Assembly: GCF_018977255.1 (NCBI RefSeq)
Contig: NW_024704742.1
Span: 1,304,001 to 1,364,000, forward strand
DNA: 60,000 bases
From: Callorhinchus milii
Taxonomy: Eukaryota
Direction of reading: 5' to 3'
Positions 1 through 12,067 of the stretch are shown piece by piece. A model generated the notes under the pieces. That model was not told where the DNA came from. It searched no databases and saw only the letters and a program-made list of their open reading frames with translations. Every line of letters starts with the position of its first letter. The stretch's first letter is position 1. A program made the translations under genes and the position numbers.

Positions 1-680
1 ATATATTCACCAATAAGGAAAACACAAGGTTGTGGACCTGCCTTGTGAGGGGAAGCTCTGTGTAGCACCTTTTGTGTTGGATCTGAAAGCTGAGTTTGTT
101 GAGCTTTATTTTTATTTCTGCGGTTATCGATTCTCCCCCACCGTTACAATGTGGGCCATTGTAATCCACTGCACCGATAAAAATAATCTTTCCTAGGCTG
201 CCGACAAGAGGTAACACCTCAAGAGTTAAAGCCACGCTGGGTGAACATGTTGTTATTCCAGCACTGCTGAAATGAGGTGAAATACAAGCAAGGCAACTAA
301 AGACAACAAACGGATCCAATTTTAAGCTTTCAATTTAAAATGCTTTAAGACTCCGCTCACGTTCCTTTCTATTTAGAGCAGATTACTCAAGTGGATTCGT
401 GACTCAGTCCATTTCTTTTTGTAACTGTCAAGTCATTCATTGAGGACACCTCATCCCTCTTTTCCAGTCAATGCACCCAGGCAAAACAATCTCGGGGAGA
501 ATGCTCTTCACCAAATATGGCTCTGTAAAGCGATCCACCGGTTCAGGTTTCCACCATTTATCCGCATGAAACCTAAACACCTAAAGACACATTAGGGGTT
601 GAATTGCAAGGAGTCACAACCTGGATTTGTGTAGTATTTGTCCTTCTGGTAACCAGATGTACGTCACACTGACTGACTGC

Positions 681-728
681 GGGAACTCTGCTCTGACTTT
701 GTCTACTTTTAGTCAGAGCAGAGTTCCC
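681..728. repeat. Perfect 18-bp inverted repeat with 12-nt loop
   Basis: GGGAACTCTGCTCTGACT (681-698) and AGTCAGAGCAGAGTTCCC (711-728). Confidence 0.95.
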
Positions 729-819
729 ATGGGGTCAATGTAATGCCCTCCCTGGTAACAAATCCTGTAAATACCGAGGTTGTAAGTCCTTGTGTTTCTG
801 ATGTCATTTTTTGGACTCT

Positions 820-1135
820 CGTCCGTCCTTCGGATGAGACGTTAAACACAGGTCCCCTCTGCCTGTTCATGCGGATGTTAAACGTTCAAAAGGAGGAGGG
901 AGTTTCTCATGGTGCCCTGGCCAACAATAAAACAATAAAAAAGAATCGGTCACTCGCACCATGACCGTTTGTGGGACATTGCCGTGCGCAAATTGGCTGC
1001 CGGGATCACCCAGAAAATACACAGTCACTCCACTTTACAGTGTATCCTGTGAAGCGCTTTGAGACGTCTCGGCAATGCGATAAGGTGCTATATCAAATGC
1101 GAAGGTAGTTATTGTTAATATTATTATTATTATCT
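820..1135 (+). mobile_element. DeuSINE (SacSINE1/AmnSINE1-like), 5'-truncated
   Basis: Deu-domain motif CCTTCGGATGAGACGTTAAAC..AGGTCCC..GTGCCCTGGCCAA..GTTTGTGGGACATTGCCGTGCGCAAATTGGCTGCC followed by an L2-type tail. Confidence 0.8.
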
Positions 1136-1779
1136 TGTCATTACGAGATCGGCATTTAACACCGCTGCTGACTTTTCTTGGAACTGCTGAATTCCTTCAT
1201 CAACAAAACCGTTTGAACAGGAAAGGCTAAACACTTCAGTCAAATAGGTATCTGTGAATCACGTGTGGCAAAGAGGTGTTTTTGTTTTGTGCTACAATAT
1301 TTTTTAACCTTCAGAACACATTCCAGCAAAACTATATTGATATAGTTAATGTTAGCACAAGATCACATTACAATGATAAGGCACAAATGATATGATTTCA
1401 GAGTAACTACAGCACACAAAGCCAGACTGGTGCAACAACATGCGATGTTGTTGCCTTAACAACACTGGTGATTAAATAGGTTTTCATTAAATGATTTCGT
1501 ACAAAACATGAGTAGTTCCAAGAGCAAAGGCTGATTATCGCGCATGATGAGGTATTCGAGTTGGAGAGACGGTTCCTCACTGTTTGAAAAGAAGGAACTT
1601 GCACTTCGCATGCTTCCAGCACGTTGAGATGTACCAACGAGCTACTTTACAGTGATTACCCTTTAAGGGTAACAAGCCAAATACTTTCCGGAATTAAGTA
1701 AGCTGATTGCAACCCTTCAGGGGCAGAGTGCACATTCCATTCGAGACGCAGGGAAGTTTCTGTGTGTAGGCGGCAGGCG

Positions 1780-2480
1780 GGCCGTGGTGTTCGCGCAGCA
1801 TAGAAGTCCCGTTGCTCGCAAGCGAGAGGACCCGGGTTCGATTCCCGGGCGGGCTGAAACCTTGGTCGACTTTCCTTGCTCCACACTTCTTTGTTGACCC
1901 GGCCGTAAGTAGGAACCCTGTTGTGAGTCGATTGGTGGATCGCTCTCCGGGGGTAATAATAATAATAATAATCCTTGCATTTGATATAGCGCTTTTCACG
2001 TCGGGAGGACGCCCCAAAGCGCTTCACAGAACACACTGTAAAGTGAATTGACTGTATGTTTGTGGGCGAACGCGGCAGCCAAATGCGCACAGCAATGTCC
2101 CACAAACAGTCGTAGATTGAAAATGACCAATTTATTATTGTTTTTGGTTTTGGAGGGATTATTATTAGGCTCTGTGTGGAGTAAGGAAACTTGCCCAAGG
2201 TTTCGCCCTCTGCCTGGAATTGAACTCAGGTCTCTCACTTGCAAAGCGAGTGCTCCAACCACTGAGCTGCAGGACTCAGTAATAATCCCTCAAGGGAAAA
2301 ACATTTGGTCACTCAATCCACGACTGCTCGTGGCACACCGCTGTGCGCAATTGTGACTGCTGCGCTTCCCCCACAAAATGCAGTCACTACGCTTCACAGT
2401 ATAAGCTGCGAAGCGCTTTTGAGACGTCTCAACAATGTGATCAGGCGCTATATCAAATGCAAGAATTTATTATTATTATT
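1780..2480 (+). mobile_element. Older long-form SINE (subfamily B) split by a subfamily A insertion
   Basis: Box B GGTTCGATTCC at ~1835; central segment GTAAGTAGGAACCC..GTCGATTGG..GATCGCT; body and tail resume at 2279. Confidence 0.88.
1954..2278 (-). mobile_element. Full-length young tRNA-derived SINE (short subfamily A), nested in an older SINE
   Basis: tRNA(Ala)-like head (box A CAGCTCAGTGG, TTTGCAA loop, box B GAGTTCAATTCC), Deu-like body (GTTTGTGGGACATTGCTGTGCGCA..TGGCTGCCGCG), L2-type tail and (TTA)n end; near-identical to copies at 11742, 25797, 29494 and 53673. Confidence 0.93.
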
Positions 2481-4252
2481 CATTATCCATAGGTGGAACT
2501 CTCAGTCTGGTTCGGGTAACGAAAACCCACCTCTGATAGGTGCTGACGCAGAAAACAATTCCAGATGACCCTCACGGGTTATCAATCAGGTTCCTTTAGA
2601 GGGTGAATTACTGCAACAATAACTTGCGTTTATATAGTGCCCTTCACCCAGCAGAATTTAAAAGATAATCTCAACAAATGATAAAGATATTCACCCGAAA
2701 ATTAGATTCTTGGAGAGTGAGAGGGGTAAATTTCTGGGGTCCATACCACTTCCACGTATTAACTCTCACCGTAGAACAGTTATTGCACAGCAATAATTAC
2801 AGTTATCACAAGGACAGAAGTTTTAGTCGTTTTGTAATGAACATAAGGCTGACTGCTGACTCCTTACTTCCAGAGAATGGTTTCTCCTGTGCGCTGTTTG
2901 CAGCGGTGACGGCCACCTCCCTTAACACGAGACAATTTTCCCATTTTAAATTCTAGCCGCTTAGACCTGCTGTTTATCTTGAACTATTTTGTTTAGCAAG
3001 TGTTTCTCAGCCATTATCTGCTTCCCCTACAAATAAAAATAAAGAGTAATAAATGATACTCCTTTGATTCGAAATAATTGCTTCTCCCATCGTGCAGACA
3101 TCGCAAAGAGCTTTACTGGATTATTCATTCTGTAAAGTGCGGTGACTGTGTATTTTATAAGCGGCAATCAATTTGCGCACGACAATGTCAACAAACAACA
3201 ACTTGCATTTATATAGCGCCTCTCACGCAGTTTTCCCGGGGCGCTATATCCTTAGAAATAGTGAATGATCATTTTTATGCGGGGTATTTGTTGGCCTAGA
3301 CTCTGTCAGAATAGCGCCGTAAATATATAGCTCTTTAACATCCACCTGAACAGAAAAATTGACATCCTCCGAAGGACGCTACCTCCAATAATGCAGTGCT
3401 CTCTCCCGGGACTGTGTTGGAATCTCAATCCTGTAAGTGATGGTCTGTCGTGTTTTGAGACATAATAAAGTGATAATGTGCTGCATCAAACATGATTTTT
3501 TAAAAACGCTGGAACCATTATTTTCCTGATTGTCTGTCCCCGAGATCGCTGTGCAATGCTAACTCGACCCCTCTCCTTCTTTCTGTCTGGCTATCTTAGC
3601 CTTCACAAGTACTCTAGTCTGCAATATCTTCTGCCAACACCACACTAATCTTCTCCCCCATCTGTTCAATCATAATCTCCCTTTAGTTCACGAGATAACT
3701 AGTCTGCAGGCTGTCTTCCTTCGCCCTCTCGATTTCATGAGTTAGCTGTTCAAGCCTAAGCCTGAACTCGCAAAACAGCACAAACAAGCCGTGCCAGTTA
3801 TTTTGGAAATAGCTGACTTATTTTCCAGCAAAAATTACAACACTTTTATTTATCACGTGAGAGCTGTTTTTTTTTAAATTGTTTTCGAAATTCTTCGCTT
3901 TCTTTGTACTAAAAGGGGAGCAAGAGCGAGCTTCGGACTCCATTTTGACGGCATTTTCTGTTCCGAGCATAAAACGTGAATTGAAGAAGATCCGAGGCGC
4001 TGCGTTGAAAATGCAGGACGCAAACCTGCAACTCGGTCCGATGCAACGGGTTTGGTACTTTGAAATTCTGGCTTGGGCGAATGATTACTCGAAGTGGTCT
4101 GTCCTGGGATGGAATGCACACAACTGATGCGTTTACACAGACCGCTGTGCAATCTCGCGAGTGCTCATAGCGATAGCAATTTAACACGGCCGCACTTTAC
4201 TTAATGAAAGTAGGCACGAATTATGGTAAAATTGAAAAGAATAATTAAACCA

Positions 4253-4343
4253 TAAAATGCCTTCAGGACAAGACTGTAAAATGCCTTGAGGACAAGATCG
4301 TAAAATGCCTTCAGGACAAGAACATAAAAGGCCTTTAGGACCC
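4253..4343. repeat. 24-bp minisatellite, ~3.8 copies
   Basis: Unit TAAAATGCCTTCAGGACAAGAnnn. Confidence 0.9.
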
Positions 4344-5682
4344 ATAAAATAGGATAATCAAGCTGTAAAAAATTAACACAGTGCAGACTATTCCTGTAAA
4401 GGCTGCAGGCTGCAATTTTTGATGAAGCAAATGTGCCAATATTCCTCTGAACAGAATGAAGCTTCAATACAGCGAGGGCTTTAATAATTGGACCAGGCCG
4501 ATACAACGCCAGTCAAAAAGCTGGGCTTCTGGGATCCCCAGGTTGAACATGACCACAACAACCGCAAAACTGCATTCGCGTAGCACCTTTCACGTCAAGA
4601 GGGACAGGAAAATATCTTTGCGACTGCCCTGAAGGCTCTGCTCCTTCAAGCCGCGTAATATTTCCTAAATTACAGCTCAATCAGTCGAGGGCAGCTGTCC
4701 CCAAACATTTTCGCGCTGCGCCCCCACCCCCTCCACCCTTTTGGACGTCAATGTCCCTCGGGCACCGTCCTTCTAGAAAATTCCATATTCGCTTGCTGCT
4801 CGGGCAGTAGCCCCTCAGTCTCTTGCCCCTCGACTGGTTAAATTGGTTTTTTCCCCTCTTTTCTCTCCCTTCCTATATAATGTACAGTCACTCCACCTTC
4901 CAGCGCTTCCAGACGTCTCAAAGACGTGATAAGGCTCTGTGTCAAATGCAAGGATTGTTAATATTATTATTATTTTCCGAGGCGCGACCTCTCCTCACCT
5001 TCAGCTTCACTTTCCCCTCCCGCACCCCACCTCTCCCCTCCCCCACCAACCTGCGAAAAATGTCGGCAAAACAAAAGAAAAAATTCTTACCCAGTAGTCT
5101 CGTTAGCGATCCCCCTCTTCCACCCTCCCCTTCCAGGGGTGCAAACCCCCTGCTCCAGCAGATATAAATAAGTAGTTTGCAATATAATAAGGTATCTGTA
5201 AACAGTATGCTGTTTCAAAGGTCATGGTAGATTAGTGAGCCTTACAGGGAGGGGCTATCCCTGAGGACTGAAATGGTGCCAATCCCTGCAAGCGGAGGGC
5301 ACCACTAGCTCTACCCGGACTCGTAATTCATCAGAATCAATAGCTGACTCGGGATCAGAATGTACAGGGACGGAAAAGACCATCACAGTACATCTGGCTG
5401 ATCCCATAAGTAATGAAAGATAATACGCCCCTTCATCTCAATTAATTTCCGATCCAAAGGGTCATCTGAATCCTGCTTGAACGTTCTGACACAATTTGCC
5501 TTGACTACCTCCCTGAATCCGTGCCATATGCGCCCCACTCTGCGCAAAGCAATTAAAATCAAACGGTGCTCACGTATCCCTTCCCTCTTCTGATCTCGAG
5601 TCCTTCCTCTCGATCCCGAGCTTGTATCTATGTTAAACCCATTAAAAGGGTTCCGTTCTCTCTACAACAATCAGGATTAAGT

Positions 5683-6123
5683 AATAATAATAATCCTTCC
5701 ATTTGATATAGCGCCTTATCACGTCGCTCAGACATCTCAAAGCAATGTCCCACAATCAGTAGTGCATTGAGCGACCAAATTATTACTGTTATAAATTTTT
5801 TTCAAAGGATTATTACCCTTGGAAAGCGATCCCCCAATCAACTAACAACCGGGTTCCTACTTACTGCTGGGCAAACAAAGACTTTTTCAAGTCCCACCCA
5901 AAAAACTTTTCGACCGTGCTTATGTTTATGTCCCACCCCCGGCTCGGAGTCAGGCTCCGCCACTGTTAAGCGCTCTGAGACATTACCCTGCATGGAGCGC
6001 GCTATATAAGTGCAAGCTGTTGTTTTAAGGAAACTTGCCGAAGGTTTCGCACTGCCCGGGAATCAAATCCAGGTCCTCTCGCTTGCGAAGCGAGTGCCCT
6101 AACCAATACATTGCAGGAGTCCA
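5683..6123 (-). mobile_element. Long-form SINE (subfamily B) interrupted by a plus-strand L2 3' end (~5885-6024)
   Basis: Tail at 5683, central segment 5820-5880, head 6025-6123; the insert ends in the L2 tail GCTATATAAGTGCAAGCTGTTGTT. Confidence 0.85.
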
Positions 6124-7139
6124 CAGTAATGTGCTGCCATCCTTTGATTGATATAATGCAGTATATTGATATGCACCAACTGGCTTTAGGCTTTTTTCCC
6201 CTCCCTCTTCATTACTGGATTCCTTCACGGAAGTTTACAGCTTACGACAGGAAAAGAGGCCGTCGTGAAGAGCGTGAATCTCAGTGGCCGGCAGGCCGCA
6301 GCGACAATCAGCTATCTTGTGAAGTGCCTTACAGGGCAATTCCTATCTTCAGTGTTACTTCCAAATGGTAAGGGAAGGCTGCAGGGAAGACATGCCGCAT
6401 AAACTCACAACTCAGACGGGGCCAGAAACCACGGCATTGAAGCTGGAGAGGTTATATTCAACTAAACCCAGAGCACAGTCCTGCGGGCTTGTAAGGGCTG
6501 GATCCAAAGCAAGCGGCTGCTTGGAACATTTCAAGAAAAATATAATTGACGAGAAATGAACCTTTAGCTCACCCACTGTTTGCCTCTGAGTGCCTGGCAT
6601 TTCGAGGTAAACTGACAGACGGTTCAATCACTGATCACTTAACTTTTATCACCGACAGAATGCCAATGGCAGAGCCTCAGTTATTTAAGTACTCGCAAGT
6701 ACTGTCACAAAGTCACAAGATCGGCCTGAACGAAGAAGGCCCTTCGGCCCATGTGATCTCATCCCTCCAGAATAAGCGCTCTGGGACGCTACCTTACGTG
6801 GGGAGCGCTATACAAATGCAAGTTGTTGTTGTTGTTGAATACTCACCCTACCGTTCCCCCTCATCTCCTCGTCGAGCTGCTTGTCAAACGAATCCACTGC
6901 CTGGCCTCTAACACCTTTCCTGGCATTAATTACCCTCTGAGTAAAGAGCAACTTCCTGCGCGCAATTGGGCTGCTGTGTTTCACCCACAAATATACAGGC
7001 AATTCACTTTACAGTCTATTCTGTGAAGCTCTTTGAGACGTCTCGAAGACGTGATGAGGCGCTGTATTAAATGCAAGGATTATTATTATTATTATCATCT
7101 GTCCCAAAATTGGCCTTTAAAAAACCTGTGGTCTTTTAC

Positions 7140-7415
7140 TCTATTGTCAAGATACCTCTCAAGAGTATTGAGAAGTATTATACGTTGTATAACGTTATAC
7201 ACCTCTATGGGATTCCCTCCGTGTTGTCTTCGCTCAAGACTGAAGAACCCTGGCCTGTCTAGACAATGCTCGCTGCTACATGCGAGCTTTTTCCTCAACA
7301 TAAGGGTCCCAAACTGGGCTCCGTTGATCTCTGGGAGACCGTGCAAACCTTTCAGGAGGTGTGGTGGAGCCGGGAGACCTGCTTCATTAGGCACCAGTTC
7401 CATTGCGCTCTGAAC
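7140..7415 (-). mobile_element. CR1-clade LINE ORF2 C-terminal relic
   Basis: LDRPGFFSLERRQHGGNPIEVYNVI resembles the CR1 motif LDRLGLFSLERRRLRGDLIEVYKI. Confidence 0.75.
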
Positions 7416-9496
7416 AACACAATGTGCCTCGACTATTACTATTATTATTCTTGTTATTATTATTATGATGTACTACTCTGAAAGAATTGAGGTCAAGATT
7501 CAATACTTTTTCTCCATTGTACTGGCATTTTACTGTTAATCATTCACTAAACTGTTCGATAAAATATAGGGATCAAACACTGCTTCAGTCCTCTTGACGT
7601 TTATTCTGTAATCAGCAATAATTGTCCCTGTGCAAGCCGTAATGATGTCTTATCTGTGCAACGCACCTGATAAATATTACTCAACCTCGGCATATAAAGA
7701 ATTGAAGGCGTTTTAACATAAACAATATGTTTTTAGCCTAAGATCACTAGATGTCTTTTGAGACGCGGGGATTGTTCTGTTTAAGATAATAATAATCCTT
7801 GCACTTGATACAATATCTTTCGCAGCAAGAGGACTGCTCAAAGTGCTTCGCAGGATGTATTGTAAAGTGTAATGACTGTGTATTCATAGACGAAGGCAGC
7901 AGCCAATTTGCATGCAGCAATGTCCAGCGTGACAGCTATGAAATAAATGACCAATTTTTTTCTCAAGACGAGGGATGCAGAACATTTTTTAAACCCTTTG
8001 CATCCAGTGCCAAGATTCCTAACCATTGCCAGGTCAGGTAATTTGTGGATTAGGTTCAGGGCAAATGTCCCTCTTCTATTGCCCTTTGTTCAGTTCCAGG
8101 GCACTTCCTCACCAGCTCCACGGTAAACGAGGTCCAAATGATTCCAAACTCTGCCCCGTGCCCTTCCCCTTTACCAGGCTCCACAGCCCCATCATCCCAG
8201 TCCTGCAGGCTCCACCGGCTGTTACAGAGTGGATCGATGTCAAGATCCTCCCTCTCACTTTCAAATGCTTAAAATTCACCACAATGTTCAATACCCACAA
8301 GGCCCATTTCATCAACAGTTGGACTCTCAGAAGCACCCACCATCATTGCAATTTTATTTGAGAAAACAAATTCTACAATTATTGGCTGGCCAGGTGTTAG
8401 AGACATGCACAGAAACCACCTGCCACGTTGGACAGTCCCCGGCTCTAGCTGCCGAGAAACCCCCAAAAGGCAGAACTTTGTCTGCTGGTTCTGGATTGTG
8501 CAACTCCCTACCCACAGGGTATTATACTCCCCGTTTACAGCTGAAGAACACAGGCCCAGACTATGGTTAGCTAAGGCAATAAAGACCCAAAGTGCATGCA
8601 CAGGTACTACTGGAATTGAATTGTATTCAGAGTTTCAGTCTGGAATGGTGAGTTCAAAGTCCGGATGTGGGTGGGGGGGGGGGGGGGGGGGGAGATTTAA
8701 AAGGTGAGGGAGCCACCAAGTGAGCCACACCGAAACCCGACACCTGAAATTTCCGTAACGTGCAGACCGCAAAATATGAGACAGGTTACGGTGACCCTGA
8801 AAGTCCTGTAGAGACCATTGAAGGTCGCACTCCCTCTCTTTACACTCGATGTTTACGTTTTTATTACTGATAAAAGTAATAACATGTACGGGGGGCTGGG
8901 CCGCAACTGAGTTTGCCAATTTAAAGCCTTGATAAGCCGCTCACAATGCTTATCCAGCTAGTCCACCCATCTTACATGTTAGGACATTGGCTCACGTGAT
9001 TATTAGGAGCCCCAGTGGCAATGACTACCCCTCCATGAACCAGTGCAGAGTCATAAAGGCTTTCAATCATGAACAATATGGTGTGGTGGGAGAACTGTGA
9101 ATGTGCCGACCTGGACCAGCAATCAGGTCAGAGTTTGCCCCTGAACGGTGACTCAGAAACACTCACTCCTTGGCAGACCTCACCTTGGAACCAGTTTGAC
9201 CCCAGAGAGACCCCGTTTGCCTTCTCTCCCCTAGGAGTCTAGTCACATATTGGTCAATCTGTAGTGTGGACCTGTGCCCACGTATCTATGATAAACCTGT
9301 TATAATTCATTTCATGGGAGATGCTCACAGCTGTCATGGACAGAGGGAGGGAGGTGATTTCCATTCGCTCAGTCAGGGCTGGATTTAAACCCAAGTCCAC
9401 ATTTCAGATAGCAGCACGGGAAGCCACTGTGGCACTAATCTGCAGTACGGATCACTTTTCAATCTCGCCAATAAAGAAAAAAGTATGAATATTGTA

Positions 9497-9690
9497 AATA
9501 ATAATAATAATAACGCTTGAATTTGATGTAGCGCCTTATCACGTCTTCGAGACGTTTCAAAGCGCTTCACAGGATACACTGTAGAGTGAATTGACTGTAT
9601 ATTTTGTGGGCGAAACGCGGCAGCCAATTACCCACAGCAGCGTCCCCACAAACAGTCGTGGATTGAGTGACCAAATTATTATTATCTTTT
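9497..9690 (-). mobile_element. SINE 3' fragment, representative of many: ~4880, 6955, 7785, 18705, 18985, 19545, 22185, 23655, 26740, 27695, 30540, 32945, 34550, 38455, 41100, 41745, 45607, 47895
   Basis: Recurrent tail CAGTCAATTCACTTTACAGT..TGTGAAGCGCTTTGAGACGTCTCGAAGACGTGATAAGGCGCTATATCAAATGCAAGGA(TTA)n on either strand. Confidence 0.85.
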
Positions 9691-10599
9691 GACTGAAAAT
9701 CTGAAATAAAAAAGAGAAAATGCTAGCAATGGACAGTGGGCGAAATAGTTAGAGATAGATTTAATATTTCCGTTACTGCTCCACAACTCAGACAAGTGTT
9801 CACTCGTTGAGCCCCACTGGACCTATCTATCCCTTTTCAGTACCAATTGAGTCACTGCATTTAATCGTTTTAGTTTCAATACAATATCTCCGACACTTTG
9901 TGCACCCAGCAACCACGACAGTCAACTTCACCAGGTGCCTATTTTGTATCATTGCTTAAAAAAAAACCACACACACATATTGTTAGTGAATATATTGAGT
10001 CCCAAAGAAATTCCAGCCAAATCAGCGTCTGGTGAATAAAAACAAATGAGAAAATCCCACATTTCTGGTGGAGCAAATCTCAATTAGAGTTCTCATCTCA
10101 TTCGAAACGTATGACGCCTAAGGTTGATGATTCACTACTTGGGTAGCTTTACATTCAGGTTTGTTTTTTGGTCAGCCGGGTGTTTGGCATACATGGCAAC
10201 CCATCAGGCTTAAATTAAGGCTATTCAAACCGGACTGAGAGTTCCACGCATGAAATTTCCCTGGCCTTCACATCCAGTTGATAACAGTGCCCCGTAGAAA
10301 GTGCCACACACCATAACAGAGGTCGTTCTGAGATAGAGGGAAAATCGAGTAAGATCCCACTCCCACGGAGCATGCCAAACAGACTCTGTTCGGGAGAAAT
10401 TCCTGCGTCCAGGTTTACTCAATTTATATGTTTATTTCAGAGGGTTCAAAACTCAGCAAATTGTTGAATTCAACTTTGATGTTTGGTTTTCTCTAGTTTT
10501 TGAAATAAATTTACAGAAACCTGGCTTCAAAATAAAGCGGCATTTCTGAATTGCCCAATGCTGGATGCTCTTAAACGATGGATGCATCAATAGTGTAAA

Positions 10600-11412
10600 T
10601 CGCCTCCACAGCTCAGGCGCTGACAGCATCACCATCCATGGATGCACACTCCACCTCACTGAGCCAGTCAGGAACCTGGGCATCTTGTTTGACCCTCAAC
10701 TATCCTTTCTACCCCACATCCGTGCCATGACCCGCTCTGTCTTTACCCAACACCGCAACATCACCCAGCTCCGCCACTGTCTCACACCGCAGGGCGCCGA
10801 AACCCTCAGACGCGCTTTCATAACATCCAGACTTGACAGTGCAAACTCGCTGCTTGTCGGCCTCCCCAGCTCCTCTCTCCATAGGCTGCAGATCATCCAG
10901 AACTCTGCAGCCCGTGTCCTCTCCCATACCAGGCTCCGTGATCCCATCACCTCCACCCTCGCCCGACTCCACTGGCTTTCCATCACACAGATGATACAGT
11001 TCAAGATCTTGGTCCTCACCTTCAAAGCCCTCCATGGCCTCGCTCCCCCCTACATCTGCGACTTCCTAACCCCCTACCATCCTGCCCGCTCCCTCCGCTC
11101 AGCAGGCCTGCTTCACGTCCCCTGCCTCGCCCGCCTCACCATTGGCGGGCGGGCCATCCGCCATTCTGTCCCTATCCTCTGGAACTCCATCCCGCAGTCC
11201 CTCTACTTCGCCCCTCCCTTGTCTCCTCCAAAACCCATCTCAAGACATTCCTCTTTGACCGTGCTTTTGATCACCCTGCTTCTCCCCTGCCCTCCAACCC
11301 TCCTCACCAATCCCGACCCTCAACTCGGGTTCAAAACATTGACTGTCCAGCGCCTTGGGACATCCTCCAGACGTGAAAGGCATTTTGCACATGCAATTTT
11401 GCTGTTGTTGTT
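10600..11412 (+). mobile_element. L2-clade LINE, 5'-truncated (ORF2 C-terminus plus 3' UTR type 1)
   Basis: ORF 10565-11425 contains VRNLGILFDPQLSF, AFITSRLD, LQIIQNSAAR, LARLHWL and FKILVLTFKALHGLAPPY, typical of L2 ORF2; ends in (GTT)n. Confidence 0.93.
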
Positions 11413-11741
11413 TCTGTGTTACTAAGTATCACGCAACATTGAAGGAAACCTTGTTGAATAAAGATATCCCAATAGAAACAGAACACCTGCGGTATGGACT
11501 GATTATATAAAGATGTTTATGAGAAAAGTGAAATGAATGTTGCATGATATTTAATCCTTTCACATACATCGAAAATATTTCCTGCACAGCACTGCTCTAT
11601 ATTTAGTTTGCACTATATTTGTTTGTTGTGCAGTCATCAAAATTTCACATCAGTGGAGCTTTTTGAAGAGCAAGTTAGGAGACAAAAAAACTTCACGTAC
11701 AGCAAAATCACCGTCTTAGCAACAGTACCAAAGGATCTCCT

Positions 11742-12067
11742 ATAATAATAATAATAATAATCCTTGCATTTGATATAGCGCTTTTCACGTCGGGAGGACG
11801 TCCCAAAGCGCTTCACAGAACACACTGTAAAGTGAATTGACTGAATATTTGTGGGCGAACGCGGCAGCCAATTACGCACAGCAATGTCCCACAAACAGTC
11901 GTTGATTGAAAATGACCAATTTATTATTGTTTTGGGTTTTGGAGGGATTATTATTAGGCTCTGTGTGGAGTAAGGAAACTTGCCCAAGGTTTCGCCCTCT
12001 GCCGGGAATTGAACTCAGGTCTCTCACTTGCAAAGCGAGTGCTCTAACCACTGAGCTACAGGACTTC
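11742..12067 (-). mobile_element. Full-length young SINE, subfamily A
   Basis: Near-identical to 1954-2278 over ~325 bp. Confidence 0.93.

Noticed and set aside
1656..2356. Recurrent ORFs such as MGKFPYSTQSL... and ...RYIKCKDYYYY
   Set aside because: Translations of non-coding SINE copies.
4253..4343. 24-bp repeats as a CRISPR-like array
   Set aside because: Head-to-tail units with no unique spacers, vertebrate context and no cas genes; it is a minisatellite.
4771..4880. Perfect heat-shock element TTCtaGAAaaTTC plus a TATA-like box
   Set aside because: A 9-base pattern is near chance expectation in 60 kb on two strands, and the TATA-like run is the edge of a SINE fragment.
10565..11425. 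286-aa ORF as a host gene
   Set aside because: It is the ORF2 C-terminus of a truncated L2 LINE.
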